Notes: generated by a model from the sequence alone, not told the origin. DNA of 63,498 bases, filler included, from Ferroacidibacillus organovorans (GCF_001642725.1; 3 parts of 3 records of this genome joined end to end with filler, not necessarily neighbours in it); one strand, 5' to 3'; positions 1 to 10,514 are shown, counted from the first letter of the whole stretch. Translations and numbers: made by a program.

Positions 1-117
1 GTCTCGGCCACAGCGCAAGAACAAACAGCCGCCATGGAAGAGATTGCCGCGACGAGCACCGCACTCTCTTCTCACGCTCAATCACTGCATGAACAATCGA
101 CAACATTTCAGATCTAG
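1..117 (+). CDS. Methyl-accepting chemotaxis protein, C-terminal end (partial)
   Basis: Frame 1 reads VSATAQEQTAAMEEIAATSTALSSHAQSLHEQSTTFQI*, a typical MCP methylation-helix tail; directly upstream of cheW. Confidence 0.75.
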   Translation, partial: VSATAQEQTAAMEEIAATSTALSSHAQSLHEQSTTFQI

Positions 118-128
118 GAGGGATATGC

Positions 129-518
129 ATGAAATGCGTCACCTTTCGACTCGGAACAGAAGTTTACGGTCTACCGGTCGATGCAGTGCGCTCAATAGAG
201 CGATTGGCGAAAATTCGCGCTGTTCCTTGTTCGCCACCCCATGTACTCGGCATTATGAATCTAAGGGGCGTTGTGACGTCCGTTTCTGATTTGCACACTG
301 TGTTTTCCATGGAAAAATGCGAGCAGACCGAAGAATCCCGACTGCTCATTCTTGCAGATACAGCATTCCTGATCGACGAAGCGCTCGACGTTCTGGATGT
401 AAATGTAGAAGACATTCGAGCACAAGAAGGACAACCCGAAGTCATTTCAGGGGTTCTTCAACACAGCAAAGATCTGATTGCCATTCTAAGTCCAGAGCAA
501 TTGGTTGAGCAACTTTAA
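129..518 (+). CDS. cheW: Chemotaxis coupling protein CheW
   Basis: VTFRLGTEVYGLPVDAVRSI...VPCSPPHVLGIMNLRG CheW motif; GGAGG RBS. Confidence 0.85.
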   Translation: MKCVTFRLGTEVYGLPVDAVRSIERLAKIRAVPCSPPHVLGIMNLRGVVTSVSDLHTVFSMEKCEQTEESRLLILADTAFLIDEALDVLDVNVEDIRAQEGQPEVISGVLQHSKDLIAILSPEQLVEQL

Positions 519-1919
519 TTACGAGGATAGCGCCTCAAGGATAGATTGCGCCGCCTCCATCCCATCAGCCACACAGTCCGGAAGGCCAACACCGCGATAC
601 GCCGCGCCTGAAAAAATCACGCGCGGATACGCGCGCCGGGCTGCTTCCGTCAGTGCTGCCACGCGCGTGAGGTGTCCCACTTCATACTGTGGCATTCCTT
701 TTTTCCAGCGTGTGACAAGAGAAAAGATCGGTTCAGGATCTGCCTTAAGCCAATGCGCCAAATCACCGCGCACGCGCGCGATGATTTCCTCATCAGGTGC
801 GTCAACGATTCCATCCGCTTCTGCGCGGCCCACAAACGCGCGCAGTGTCACAACATCCTCATCGGCCATGTGCGGCCATTTCGACGAGACAAAAGTACAC
901 GCAGTAACGTCAGATCCCTCTCTTCGCGGTACGACAAACCCCGACCCATCCAACTGAAACAAAAAATCACGCGGGCGATAAGCCAGTGCCACCGTTGCGA
1001 CAGACGCGTAACGAAACGCCTCCAGCGTCTGCCTGACGCCTTCGTCATTGACAAGTGTACAGGCGCGGTGCGCAGGGACTGCCATCACAACTGCATCACA
1101 GGAGAACTCGCATCCCTCCGCGTGTACGATCACTTCACGCATAGAATTCTCGACCGAAGTGACTACGCAACCCGTATGTACAGTGACCCCCTGCGCGTGA
1201 AGCGCTTGAAGCAGCGCCGCCGCGAGCTTTGATAATCCACTGCGCAACGTGAGAAATGCCGTTTTTGGCAGGTCATCATCCTGCACAACATTTTGGCGTT
1301 CGGCAACAAAATCTTGCAATCCGCGCAGCAGACTCCCACGGCGCACAGCCTCTTTGAACTCTGGATACGTCGCCGCCACACTCAAACGGTCAATCGGACT
1401 CGCATGGACCCCTGCAAGCACCGCTTCCGCAATTTTCTCTACCACCTCGCGCCCAAGCCGTCGGGTGAGAAGTTCTCCCATCGAATCATTCTCGCGATCC
1501 TGATCGGGCCCCATGGTCAGATCGAGCAGTGCGCGTCGCTTTCCTTCCTCACTCAAAAATGGAATCTGCTCGAATGCTTCTTTTGTAAGTGGAATGCCCA
1601 TGTATGTACCCTTTGGAAAGGGATATAATTCTCCATCCGAGACGAGGTATGTCTTTCGCGCCAGTGGCCCCGTCCCGACAAGCTGTTCACGCAGACCAAG
1701 CTCCGTGCACAGATCAATCATCACACGCTTACGCGCGAGAAAGGAGTCTGGCCCCTGCTCAAACAGGTGCTGCTCGCTCTCGACCGATCGAAGCGTTCCC
1801 CCCACCTGATCGCGCGCTTCAAAAACGGTGACATCCACGCGCCCTGTCTTCATCAAGCGATAGGCGGCCGTAAGCCCTGTAATTCCAGCACCGATGACTG
1901 CGACGCGCTGCCTGCTCAT
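519..1919 (-). CDS. hemY: Protoporphyrinogen/coproporphyrinogen III oxidase
   Basis: GAGITG FAD motif, GPDSFLARK, MPQYEVGH, GVGLPDCV; last gene of hemEHY. Confidence 0.95.
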   Translation of the reverse strand: MSRQRVAVIGAGITGLTAAYRLMKTGRVDVTVFEARDQVGGTLRSVESEQHLFEQGPDSFLARKRVMIDLCTELGLREQLVGTGPLARKTYLVSDGELYPFPKGTYMGIPLTKEAFEQIPFLSEEGKRRALLDLTMGPDQDRENDSMGELLTRRLGREVVEKIAEAVLAGVHASPIDRLSVAATYPEFKEAVRRGSLLRGLQDFVAERQNVVQDDDLPKTAFLTLRSGLSKLAAALLQALHAQGVTVHTGCVVTSVENSMREVIVHAEGCEFSCDAVVMAVPAHRACTLVNDEGVRQTLEAFRYASVATVALAYRPRDFLFQLDGSGFVVPRREGSDVTACTFVSSKWPHMADEDVVTLRAFVGRAEADGIVDAPDEEIIARVRGDLAHWLKADPEPIFSLVTRWKKGMPQYEVGHLTRVAALTEAARRAYPRVIFSGAAYRGVGLPDCVADGMEAAQSILEALSS

Positions 1920-2854
1920 CGCGCACCAGAAGGATTGATTTCGCGCTCAACGCGATGAATGGCCGCAACCAATGCATCAATCATGCGCTGATCTGCATTG
2001 AGTGAGGCGGTGCGCTCAAAGTGAATCCCTTTTTGTGACGCGTGCTGCTGCGCCTCGATATCGAGGTCGTAGAGGACCTCCAAGTGATCAGCGACAAACC
2101 CGATGGGGCAACTCAGCATCGCGCGATATCCCTTCTCGGCCAACTCACCCATCACCACAAGCAGATCTGGACCAAGCCACGGTTCGGCGGTGCGTCCAGC
2201 ACTCTGCCAAGCGAACTGCCAATCGTCAATCAATAATCGCGACGCCAACGCTCGACTGGTTTCGAGCAACTGCTCAGGATATGGATCGCCAAGCGCCAGA
2301 ATGCGCTCAGGCAAGCTGTGCGCTGAAAAAACGACTTTCAACTGGCGGCGTTCTTCTTCTGAAAACTTCTCAAGCGCCTCTCTTAGCCGCTCTTCGAGCG
2401 CGTCAAGAAACGCATCCTCCATATGCCAAGAGGAGACGCAGTGCAGCTTCATCAAAGCCTCTTCTGCCGCCTCCAGCGCTTCTTTTGTATAGACGCCTAC
2501 ACTCATCGTTGAATAGTGAGGCGCGAGGACAATCCCGACCGCCTTCTCAATTCCGTCTGCCGCCATGCGCCTCACCGCATCCGCGATAAACGGCGCGGCG
2601 TGTTTCATTCCAATGTACACTTTATAGCGTGAATCTTTCACATTCAGCGTCTGTTCTAGCTTTCGCGCCTGTTCATCCGTAATTTCATTGAGTGGCGATA
2701 CACCGCCAATCGCTTTATAACGCCCAATCAACTCATCGAGCAGGGGTTGCGGCGGTTTATTGCCCCGACGAATATGCGTGTAGTACGTCTCCACTTCATC
2801 GAGGCTGCGCGGGGTGCCGTACGCCATGAGCAGAATTCCGATCGTCTTGTTCAT
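1916..2854 (-). CDS. hemH: Ferrochelatase (coproporphyrin ferrochelatase)
   Basis: LLMAYGTP, FSAHSLP, WQSAGRT.EPWLGPD, GFVADHLEVLYDLD. Confidence 0.97.
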   Translation of the reverse strand: MNKTIGILLMAYGTPRSLDEVETYYTHIRRGNKPPQPLLDELIGRYKAIGGVSPLNEITDEQARKLEQTLNVKDSRYKVYIGMKHAAPFIADAVRRMAADGIEKAVGIVLAPHYSTMSVGVYTKEALEAAEEALMKLHCVSSWHMEDAFLDALEERLREALEKFSEEERRQLKVVFSAHSLPERILALGDPYPEQLLETSRALASRLLIDDWQFAWQSAGRTAEPWLGPDLLVVMGELAEKGYRAMLSCPIGFVADHLEVLYDLDIEAQQHASQKGIHFERTASLNADQRMIDALVAAIHRVEREINPSGAR

Positions 2855-3891
2855 GAGGAGGTCAACCTCGCTTCGCTAAATTCGTGAACAAACTCTGTCA
2901 ATCGCCGCAGCGTGTCCATCGATGCCGTTGGAAACACGCCATGACCTAGATTAAATATAAAACCTGGTTTCTCCATGCCTTCGGTAAGAATTTCCGCTGC
3001 GCGCGCCTTGAGCACGTCAAACGGCGCGAGCAAAAGCGCCGGATCGAGATTTCCTTGAATCGCATGCGCTTGCGACACCCGTTCGCGGGCAGCGCGAATC
3101 GAGACACGCCAATCGACCCCGATCACATTCGCTTTTAGCGTCTTAAACTGCGGCAAAAGCTCACCTGTCCCCACGCCGAAGTAGATGCTCGGCGCTTCTT
3201 CTTCGCTCAATGCGTGGAAAATGCGTTGCATATGTGGAAGAATGTGCGTTTCGTAGTCTTTTGGCGAAAGACTTCCCGCCCACGAGTCAAACACTTGCAC
3301 CGCGTCGGCGCCTGCAGTGATCTGCGCACGCAAATAATAAATCACCATTTCGGACAATTTCTCCATAAGGTTTGCGAAAACATCCGGCTCGCCATACATC
3401 ATCGCCTTCGTGTGCAGGTAGTCTCGCGATGGACCCCCTTCAATCATATAGCTGGCGAGCGTAAACGGAGCACCGGCAAACCCGATGAGTGGCACAGCCA
3501 CGGTATCCTTTACGCGCTCAATCGTTTCTAGAACATGCGGGAGTGCCTCGTGAACATCAAATCCGTGGAGAGCATCCACATCCTGTCGTGTGCGAAGCGG
3601 ATGCTCTACAACGGGTCCGCGCCCCTCGACGATCTCAAAATTCACACCCATCGGACCTACTGGCACCATGATGTCTGAAAAGAGAATCGCGGCATCGACG
3701 CCGAGCTGGGCAACTGGCAAACTTGTCACCTGCGCACAAAGCTCAGGCCGCTCACAGATCTCGAGGAGACTATAATTTTTTCGAATTTCACGATACTCCG
3801 GTTGATAACGTCCTGCTTGTCGCATATACCAAACGGGCACGCGCGTTGACTTTTGCGAACGGCATGCGTCTAAAAATGGCATGGTTGACAC
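2851..3891 (-). CDS. hemE: Uroporphyrinogen decarboxylase
   Basis: PVWYMRQAGRYQPEY, AILFSDIM, GFAGAPFTLASY, FNLGHGV. Confidence 0.97.
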   Translation of the reverse strand: MSTMPFLDACRSQKSTRVPVWYMRQAGRYQPEYREIRKNYSLLEICERPELCAQVTSLPVAQLGVDAAILFSDIMVPVGPMGVNFEIVEGRGPVVEHPLRTRQDVDALHGFDVHEALPHVLETIERVKDTVAVPLIGFAGAPFTLASYMIEGGPSRDYLHTKAMMYGEPDVFANLMEKLSEMVIYYLRAQITAGADAVQVFDSWAGSLSPKDYETHILPHMQRIFHALSEEEAPSIYFGVGTGELLPQFKTLKANVIGVDWRVSIRAARERVSQAHAIQGNLDPALLLAPFDVLKARAAEILTEGMEKPGFIFNLGHGVFPTASMDTLRRLTEFVHEFSEARLTSS

Positions 3892-3980
3892 TTGAATTCC
3901 CTCTTTTCACAATGAGACCCGATTCATACGAATTAACTATAGCACAGGCAGTCGGTCAACTCAGAGCGCGCGCGTGCCCG

Positions 3981-5174
3981 TCACGCGATTGTCACAGACG
4001 ACGCGCGAAGACTGCGCGCGTAGAAAACGTAAATCGCGACAATTAAGAGAAACGTCCCGGTCATGATGAACACGGTGTCGATATGAAAGAGATCTCCGAC
4101 ATAACCACCGATAAGCGGTCCGAGGAGCGTTCCCATCTGATTGAATGTCTGGGAAATACCAAACGCTCTCCCGCGAAACGCGTCATCCGTTTTTTCCACT
4201 GTCAGCGCGTTCAATGCGGGATAAACGGCGCAAAAAAACATGCCGTAAAAAAAACGAATCGCGCCAAATCCAAAAACACTGTGAAAAAAAATCTGCGCAA
4301 TGTTTCCGAGTGAACCGCCAAGTAACCCGATCAAAAGCGTCCTGCGAAATCCTTTGCGATCCCCGTAGCGGCCCCAGATCGGACCGAATACGATCCCTGA
4401 AAGCCCTGCGACCGAGAATACGATCCCTGTATCAAGCGACGCATTCTGCACAGGGACGCCCAATTGAATGACATAGAGCGGCAAAAGTGGTTCGATGGTC
4501 ATGATCGCAAACGATGTGATCATCATGGCAATCAACACAGTGAGCAATCCGCGATTCTTCACGGCGAGCGAAAAATCGCCAAGGATGCTGATTTTTTTCT
4601 CTGACGGGACAAAATTTGGCTCACGCACCCAAATGATCGCGAGGACGGTCGAGATGGCAACGGATGCACCCGCGATTAGAAACGTATTCTGATAGGAAAA
4701 CGCGTGACTCAAGATCCCGCCAAAAAGCGGTCCGAGGATGCTTCCGGTCGCCGTCGCTGTGGAAAGGCTAGCCAGCGCAAAGCCAACAGACGCTTTCGGT
4801 GTCGTGCTGCCAATGAGCGCTGTGGCGCTCGGAATGTACCCGCTGAGAAGACCCATGAGCACGCGAATCAAGAGCAATTCGACAGGCGTTTTGACAAACG
4901 CCATCGCGGCATAGAGAACGGTGAGGGCGATGCCCGAGCGAATGAGCATGGGCCGCCGACCGTAGCGATCTGCGAGCGCACCCCACACAGGAGAGATGAG
5001 CGCGCCCGCCAGAAAAGACGAAGAAAACACAATTCCGCTCCACAGTCCAATATTGTGGTGAATCCCCAGTTTCACAAGAAAAAGTGGAAGAAAGGGGATA
5101 ACCATCGAATAACTGGCTGATGCGACGAGTGACCCGCCTAAAAGTATGTAAAGATTTGCACGCCAAGATTCCAT
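3981..5174 (-). CDS. MFS transporter (DHA1/MdtG-like)
   Basis: WGALADRYGRRPML motif A, about 12 hydrophobic segments; start moved to the ATG at 5174 behind a GGGAGAGGG RBS. Confidence 0.9.
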   Translation of the reverse strand: MESWRANLYILLGGSLVASASYSMVIPFLPLFLVKLGIHHNIGLWSGIVFSSSFLAGALISPVWGALADRYGRRPMLIRSGIALTVLYAAMAFVKTPVELLLIRVLMGLLSGYIPSATALIGSTTPKASVGFALASLSTATATGSILGPLFGGILSHAFSYQNTFLIAGASVAISTVLAIIWVREPNFVPSEKKISILGDFSLAVKNRGLLTVLIAMMITSFAIMTIEPLLPLYVIQLGVPVQNASLDTGIVFSVAGLSGIVFGPIWGRYGDRKGFRRTLLIGLLGGSLGNIAQIFFHSVFGFGAIRFFYGMFFCAVYPALNALTVEKTDDAFRGRAFGISQTFNQMGTLLGPLIGGYVGDLFHIDTVFIMTGTFLLIVAIYVFYARSLRASSVTIA

Positions 5175-5281
5175 TGCGCTCCCTCTCCCTATCATCCGCA
5201 TTGAAACTGATCGCAGTCGTGGAGTATCATGGGCTTGCAGGGAAAGCATCCCCTGTGTCTTCATGAAACGAGGAGCGATGT

Positions 5282-5791
5282 GTGTTGTTATCTGGACAAA
5301 CGGCTCAATGGATCAGTACAATCGTGATTATTCTGTTCGCCCTCTCGGTTATCGTGATTCGCTTGCGCGCCGCGCGAAAACCTACGAACGCCAAAAAAAT
5401 CCTCATCCCGCCAATCGGTATGAGCACGGGATTCCTCATGTTTGTCGCACCGATTACACGCGTGCCTTTTGCCTATGCACTCGTGGCATTGCTCGTCGGG
5501 GTGCTCTTTTCCATCCCGCTCATCGCGACGTCCAAATTGGAGCGGCATGATGAGCAAATCTATCTCAAGCGCTCGCCCGCCTTTATCGTGGTTCTTCTGG
5601 TATTGCTTGTCATTCGCATTTCGCTTCACGGATACATTGAGAAGTATATAACGATTCCGCAGACGGGTGGAATCTTTTTCATCCTCGCGTTTGGCATGCT
5701 TCTTCCTTGGCGCATCGTTATGTACATAAAATATAGGAATTTCCTAAAATCTGCAGGAGACGTCGCCAAACTGCGCGAGAGCAACGCCTGA
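5282..5791 (+). CDS. ccdC: CcdC family membrane protein (DUF1453)
   Basis: KKILIPPIGMSTG, IYLKRS, FFILAFGMLLPWR resemble the CcdC/DUF1453 family. Confidence 0.75.
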   Translation: MLLSGQTAQWISTIVIILFALSVIVIRLRAARKPTNAKKILIPPIGMSTGFLMFVAPITRVPFAYALVALLVGVLFSIPLIATSKLERHDEQIYLKRSPAFIVVLLVLLVIRISLHGYIEKYITIPQTGGIFFILAFGMLLPWRIVMYIKYRNFLKSAGDVAKLRESNA

Positions 5792-5833
5792 CGCCTGTCG
5801 TTACGGCCTCCACACACGACCTTTGTGCGCCAC

Positions 5834-5865
5834 GCATAACAAAGCCTGCTTTACCCCACTATAAT
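5834..5865 (+). promoter_or_regulatory. Candidate promoter for the NlpC/P60 gene (sigmaG-like GCATA-N18-CACTATA, overlapping TATAAT)
   Basis: Match to GNATR-N18-CAnnnTA by eye; short motif. Confidence 0.3.
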
Positions 5866-5877
5866 AGCAAATTCAAA

Positions 5878-7218
5878 GTGGGGGTGGTTAGGTTGCCTTC
5901 AATTCTTCACCGCAGGAGATATCTACGCGGACTACTCGCCGCCTCGGCCATCATGGGGCTTAGTCTGTCCGGCTGTGGCTCGTACTCAGCGTCTACTTCA
6001 GGTGCCCTTCCCGATCGCGTTGCGCGGCCGCTAAGCCAAAACACAGGCCATCGCATGTATCACGTGTATCAAACGCACTACGACTCCCCTTCGCAAACCG
6101 TCTACATTTATACCAAACGCATTCCTCACGGCCCATTATCGGTTGCCACGTATCACTCACTCGGCAGTGAGCACACCTTAGATATGGCTTCCATTGACGG
6201 TGTGATCAACTTCGCGACATCACAGTACTCGACATCCAAAGTATCCCATGTCGTCGTTTTGAATGAAGAATCACCCGAACGCTATCGCCAGATAGCAAAC
6301 GCCCGCAACGATCAGCCCACCGTAAACGCAGGGGGCGCGCTTCATCTCACAAAGGGTAGTCTTGCGCCGCATCGCTCGTTTGAGATGATTGCGCAAATCC
6401 CTGTTCCAAGCAACCCACTTCACAGCGGTGTCAGCAGTTTTGCCCCGTCCGGCCAAACAAGTGCAGATGCGCTCGGAGCGTACGGCGGTTACGGTATGAA
6501 TCGCGCGTATCGTTCCTGGAATCCGCACGGTTACCAACGTTATGGAGCGCATCACTACCGCGATCCGTATGGATCTACGTCTGGGGCGCATAGCCAAAAG
6601 GGTGCGACCGGAGGCACTGGTAACGCCAAAAGCGGTTCAACTGCGACAACACCAGGCAACACAGCAGCCACTTCTGGCTCCACTGCGACAACACCAGGCA
6701 ACACAGCAGCCACTTCTGGCTCCACTGCGACAACACCGAGTGGATCAACGAGCGTTGCTACAAGTTCTATCCCAATTCCACCACCTGGCGTGCACCTTGA
6801 TCCGAGCATCGTCCCAGGTGCTGGCGTTAACGCCTCCTATTCTGCAAAACTCGCAGCGATCGAATCTGTCGCAGAGAGTAAACTCGGCACCCCCTACATT
6901 TGGGGACACAACGAAGATCGCGGTCAGTACGGTTTTGACTGCAGCAATTACACGGAATACGTGTTTCACCACGCGCTCGGCTACCTCATGACAACATCAA
7001 GCAAAGGTCAGTTTCTGTACGTTGGCGTCAAAGTTCCTCTGAGTTCGATGCGTCCTGGCGACCTGATCGCGTTTGATAGCGGCGCGCATGTCGGTATTTT
7101 CATTGGAAATGGGCAGATGATCCAAGAGGGTGGCGGACTCGGAAAATGCGGATACCTCCCGCTCACGCCCACATCCTACTGGTATCATCACATCTCTGCC
7201 GTGAAACGGATGTTCTAA
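5878..7218 (+). CDS. Lipoprotein with C-terminal NlpC/P60 (C40) cell-wall peptidase
   Basis: Lipobox LSGC; GTPYIWG, GFDCSNY, PGDL, HVGIFIG; Thr/Ser/Gly-rich linker. Confidence 0.85.
   Translation: MGVVRLPSILHRRRYLRGLLAASAIMGLSLSGCGSYSASTSGALPDRVARPLSQNTGHRMYHVYQTHYDSPSQTVYIYTKRIPHGPLSVATYHSLGSEHTLDMASIDGVINFATSQYSTSKVSHVVVLNEESPERYRQIANARNDQPTVNAGGALHLTKGSLAPHRSFEMIAQIPVPSNPLHSGVSSFAPSGQTSADALGAYGGYGMNRAYRSWNPHGYQRYGAHHYRDPYGSTSGAHSQKGATGGTGNAKSGSTATTPGNTAATSGSTATTPGNTAATSGSTATTPSGSTSVATSSIPIPPPGVHLDPSIVPGAGVNASYSAKLAAIESVAESKLGTPYIWGHNEDRGQYGFDCSNYTEYVFHHALGYLMTTSSKGQFLYVGVKVPLSSMRPGDLIAFDSGAHVGIFIGNGQMIQEGGGLGKCGYLPLTPTSYWYHHISAVKRMF
6640..6737 (+). repeat. 42-bp in-frame tandem repeat, about 2.3 copies (TATTPGNTAATSGS)
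   Basis: actgcgacaacaccaggcaacacagcagccacttctggctcc at 6640 and 6682, partial copy at 6724. Confidence 0.95.
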
Positions 7219-7246
7219 AAAAATGTGCTACACCCGCCACGTTTAC

Positions 7247-7295
7247 AAAGAAGCTGTCGCTACGCTCGTGCGCCGCGACAGCTTCTTTCTTTTTC
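7247..7295. terminator. Rho-independent terminator between convergent genes
   Basis: aaagaagctgtcgc / gcgacagcttcttt stem followed by a T tract. Confidence 0.8.
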
Positions 7296-7315
7296 TCGCG
7301 CAGTATTCCTAGGGT

Positions 7316-8779
7316 TCAGGCAAACATCCCGGCAACCCCGTAGAGCACTGCCGAGATAGCGCCTGCAATCGCTGTGGAGCGTAGCAGCGATCGCGCGAGT
7401 TTCATGACAGGCAGCTTCATCACGGTCGCCATCGCAACCGTATTGTCACTAAGCGGTGACGCAAAACCACCCAGTGTACCACCTGCAAACACGGCGCCTG
7501 CAATCAGCGGCAGCGAAGCGTGCATCGCGATGCCAAGCGTGAATCCAAGCGGCATCATGATACCCCATGTGCCAAAGGATGAACCAATGAAATAGGAGAG
7601 GATCGAGCCGAGGATGAAGATGGACGGTGCAATCAGCATCTTAGGGATGAGGTGCCCCACCACCTTTGTGATGTAGAGAGAAAACCCGAGTTGCGTTGAC
7701 ACGTACGACACCGCCCAAACGAGCAGCAATAGAACGATGACTGGCATCATCTCGTTGCCTCCGGACATCGCCCCAACCATCAGGCGACCGATCTCCTGCT
7801 TTCGAAACAGATAGAAAACCAGGGAGAGCAGGACCGTGATAAAGATTGCGGTAATCATCGCTTTTGCCGCATCCGCATGCAAAAACGCCTGAAGAACACT
7901 CCGCTGTGGCGCACTGCCATTCAAATAGGTCAAACCGATCGTGAGAAACAACAAAAGGGCAATGGGAATTACCAAGTGCAGGGCAGATGGTGTTGCCCGC
8001 TCACTCCACACATCAAGCGGCTCCTGCGGGTCTTCAGCTGAAATGGTTGTCACCGCGTCAGGAATCCCTGATACGACAGGCGAAGCAGAACGCGTGTCCC
8101 CTTCATCAGAAAGGACTGCGCGCGCACTGTGGCGCGTTTGAAAGCTGCGCAGCGCACCTGCAATAAGGATGATGACCGCAAAAAAATTAAACGGCAAACT
8201 CGCAAGAAAAAATGGATAGGCATTTGTTGCAACGCCTACATGCTTGAGGGAAACGGCGAGCAGCCCCACCATATAGCCGACAAACGCCGTTCCAATTGGG
8301 ACGAGACTGATGAGCGGTGTTGAGGTTACGTCGATCGCATAGGCGAGATCGTAAGGTTTAATGCCGAGTCGGCGTCCGACTTCCTTCATGATCGGCGCAA
8401 CGGTGATGATGCGAAAGTCAGGCGCCATAAAGGTTGCCAAACTAGAGAGCCATGTGATCGCGTACGCAGAGCGCGCCGTGCGAATGCGCGGTTCAAGCCA
8501 CGCTGCGATGCCGTGAACACCGCCTGTAATTCGAATGAGTCCAACAAGAACGCCAAAGAGATAGAGAAACACGACCAGATGGAGATTTCCAGTAACCTGC
8601 ATTTCTTGATAAAGATCGGAGAGCGCTTGATCAAACGCGTGAAAAAGGGATTTCGTCTGCAAAAATGCACCCGTAAGAAGTCCCGCGACAAGCCCTGGAA
8701 TCACCTGTCGCGTGATCATACTCACCGGTATCACAACCGCAAACGGCAACAGCGAAAGCCACCCTGGGTGTATCATCAT
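7316..8779 (-). CDS. Na+/H+ antiporter NhaC-family membrane protein
   Basis: WLSLLP start, IDVTSTP, GSSFGTWGIMMP, GGFASPLSDNT; start at 8779 behind GAGGAGG (the 678-aa ORF is over-extended). Confidence 0.8.
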   Translation of the reverse strand: MMIHPGWLSLLPFAVVIPVSMITRQVIPGLVAGLLTGAFLQTKSLFHAFDQALSDLYQEMQVTGNLHLVVFLYLFGVLVGLIRITGGVHGIAAWLEPRIRTARSAYAITWLSSLATFMAPDFRIITVAPIMKEVGRRLGIKPYDLAYAIDVTSTPLISLVPIGTAFVGYMVGLLAVSLKHVGVATNAYPFFLASLPFNFFAVIILIAGALRSFQTRHSARAVLSDEGDTRSASPVVSGIPDAVTTISAEDPQEPLDVWSERATPSALHLVIPIALLLFLTIGLTYLNGSAPQRSVLQAFLHADAAKAMITAIFITVLLSLVFYLFRKQEIGRLMVGAMSGGNEMMPVIVLLLLVWAVSYVSTQLGFSLYITKVVGHLIPKMLIAPSIFILGSILSYFIGSSFGTWGIMMPLGFTLGIAMHASLPLIAGAVFAGGTLGGFASPLSDNTVAMATVMKLPVMKLARSLLRSTAIAGAISAVLYGVAGMFA

Positions 8780-8875
8780 ATCCCTCCTCACGCAAGTTTT
8801 TGCGCACAAAGGGAAACCTATGCACACATGGCTGTATCGCGTAAACAACGGTTCACACGCAAGAGAGGCGATTTT

Positions 8876-9652
8876 ATGGTGAAAGCTACCACAAGACAAA
8901 AACGCGGGACAAGTATAGGTTGGACAATCGGCACCCTTGCGCTCGGAATTGTATCCGTCTTCCTTTACTACCGCTACCAACATGACGTCTCGCCGTTCAT
9001 TCGTCACGCAGGAGCCTTGGGACCGATTGCCGCCGTCATCCTCATGGCGCTTCTGTGCATCATCCCATTTCCGGCAGAATTTCTGATGGTCATCGACATG
9101 CAGGTGTTTGGGGTCTGGTGGGGCATTCTGTGGGTCTGGCTTGGGGCGATGCTTGGAGCGTGGGTTACCTATTTGATCGCAAAGCGCCTGGGCGAGTCTT
9201 TTGCGCGGCGTTTCGTACCGGAAAAGCATCTGCACAAGCTCAGCGACATGGTGAAACGGCACGGGGCCATCGGACTCCTGATGGCCCGCATTATCCCGCT
9301 CATTCCGTTTGTCGTCCTGAATTATGCGAGCGCCATGCTGCCCGAGGTTCACCTGCTCGCATACCTCGTCACGACCGGAATCGGCATCATGCCGTATGAC
9401 CTCGGCGCGGCGCTGATCTTCTTAGGCTTTTCCAAGCGTTGGATCGAGTGGATCATCGCAGGTGGCGTCACACTCGTGTTGATCTGGCTGATCACACTCT
9501 ATTGGCAGCATCGTCACCGCCACCGCGAAGAACGTCTCAAAAACCAAGTTCATCTCAATAGCCAAGCTCAACATCCACAAGACCTGCAAGCGGCTTCCCT
9601 GCCCGATACCGCGCGACGTTTTCGAGAAACGCGCCGACGACCTCTTCCGTAA
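8876..9652 (+). CDS. TVP38/TMEM64 (DedA/SNARE-associated) membrane protein
   Basis: PFPAEF..FG.WWG, LMARIIPLIPFVVLNY motif; GAGAGG RBS before the ATG at 8876. Confidence 0.85.
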   Translation: MVKATTRQKRGTSIGWTIGTLALGIVSVFLYYRYQHDVSPFIRHAGALGPIAAVILMALLCIIPFPAEFLMVIDMQVFGVWWGILWVWLGAMLGAWVTYLIAKRLGESFARRFVPEKHLHKLSDMVKRHGAIGLLMARIIPLIPFVVLNYASAMLPEVHLLAYLVTTGIGIMPYDLGAALIFLGFSKRWIEWIIAGGVTLVLIWLITLYWQHRHRHREERLKNQVHLNSQAQHPQDLQAASLPDTARRFRETRRRPLP

Positions 9653-10514
9653 GCGATGGACCCGAAACATGCGGCGTGACGGTGACGCGTGGATGCGCCC
9701 AGAATGGATGGTCAGGCGGTAAGGGTTCTACCGCAAATACATCGAGAATCACGCGCCGCAATCGCGTTTCGTGGAGTGCAGTCAACAGCGCGTCTTCATC
9801 GAGTAGACTCCCGCGCCCCACATTGATGAGGATACTCCCAGGCTTCATCGCGGCGAGCACGTTCGCGTCGACCACCCGCTCTGTCTGTGGCGTGAGTGGC
9901 AAAGCGAGCACGACGGCGTCGCATGACGCGACAAAGGGCTGCCAGGCGTCTGCCCCGTACTGACGATCCAGTCCCTCAATTGGCAATTGGCGAAGGCTGA
10001 GTCCGTGCACTCGCATTGAAAAGGCGCGCGCCAGGCGCGCGATTTCGCGTCCGATTGAACCGAGCCCAGCCACGCCAAGCGTCATTCCCTTCAGGGTTTC
10101 TCCGCGCTTTGGCTCCCACGCGTGACGCATCTGTGCGTCACGCTGCGCGTCATACCGCTTGACCTCTGCGAGCAAATGGAGAAACACATACTCTGCCATC
10201 GGTGAACCAAACTGTTCAACGATGCGTGCGACAGGCAGCCGCTTTGGCACTCCCGCACGCGCGGCATCTTCTACACCCGCGCCCATCAATTGAACAAACG
10301 CAGGCAGCGGCTCATCAGCAGCGGCATCAACGATCAAATCAAACGGATACCGCCACGCAAAAAGGCAGTCAGCCTGCGACTGAAGTGCTTGCGCTTCTTC
10401 GCGATTGACAGCTGTCAACACGTTTAAATCAGGCGCGCGCCGGGACAACTCCTCTACATAGCGCATGACCGCCGTCTCGTGATACAAAAGAACCGTGCGA
10501 ATCGAGCGCGTCAA
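9555..10514 (-). CDS. D-2-hydroxyacid dehydrogenase
   Basis: GLGSIG, LPLTPQT, INVGRG, LDVF.EPLP, TPHVSG; TTG start with AAGGGGG RBS. Confidence 0.9.
   Translation of the reverse strand: MTRSIRTVLLYHETAVMRYVEELSRRAPDLNVLTAVNREEAQALQSQADCLFAWRYPFDLIVDAAADEPLPAFVQLMGAGVEDAARAGVPKRLPVARIVEQFGSPMAEYVFLHLLAEVKRYDAQRDAQMRHAWEPKRGETLKGMTLGVAGLGSIGREIARLARAFSMRVHGLSLRQLPIEGLDRQYGADAWQPFVASCDAVVLALPLTPQTERVVDANVLAAMKPGSILINVGRGSLLDEDALLTALHETRLRRVILDVFAVEPLPPDHPFWAHPRVTVTPHVSGPSLTEEVVGAFLENVARYRAGKPLAGLVDVELGY

Noticed and set aside
8513..9352. Apparent long antiparallel overlap of the 678-aa and 379-aa ORFs
   Set aside because: Both are over-extended; RBS-supported starts at 8779 (-) and 8876 (+) make them ordinary divergent genes.
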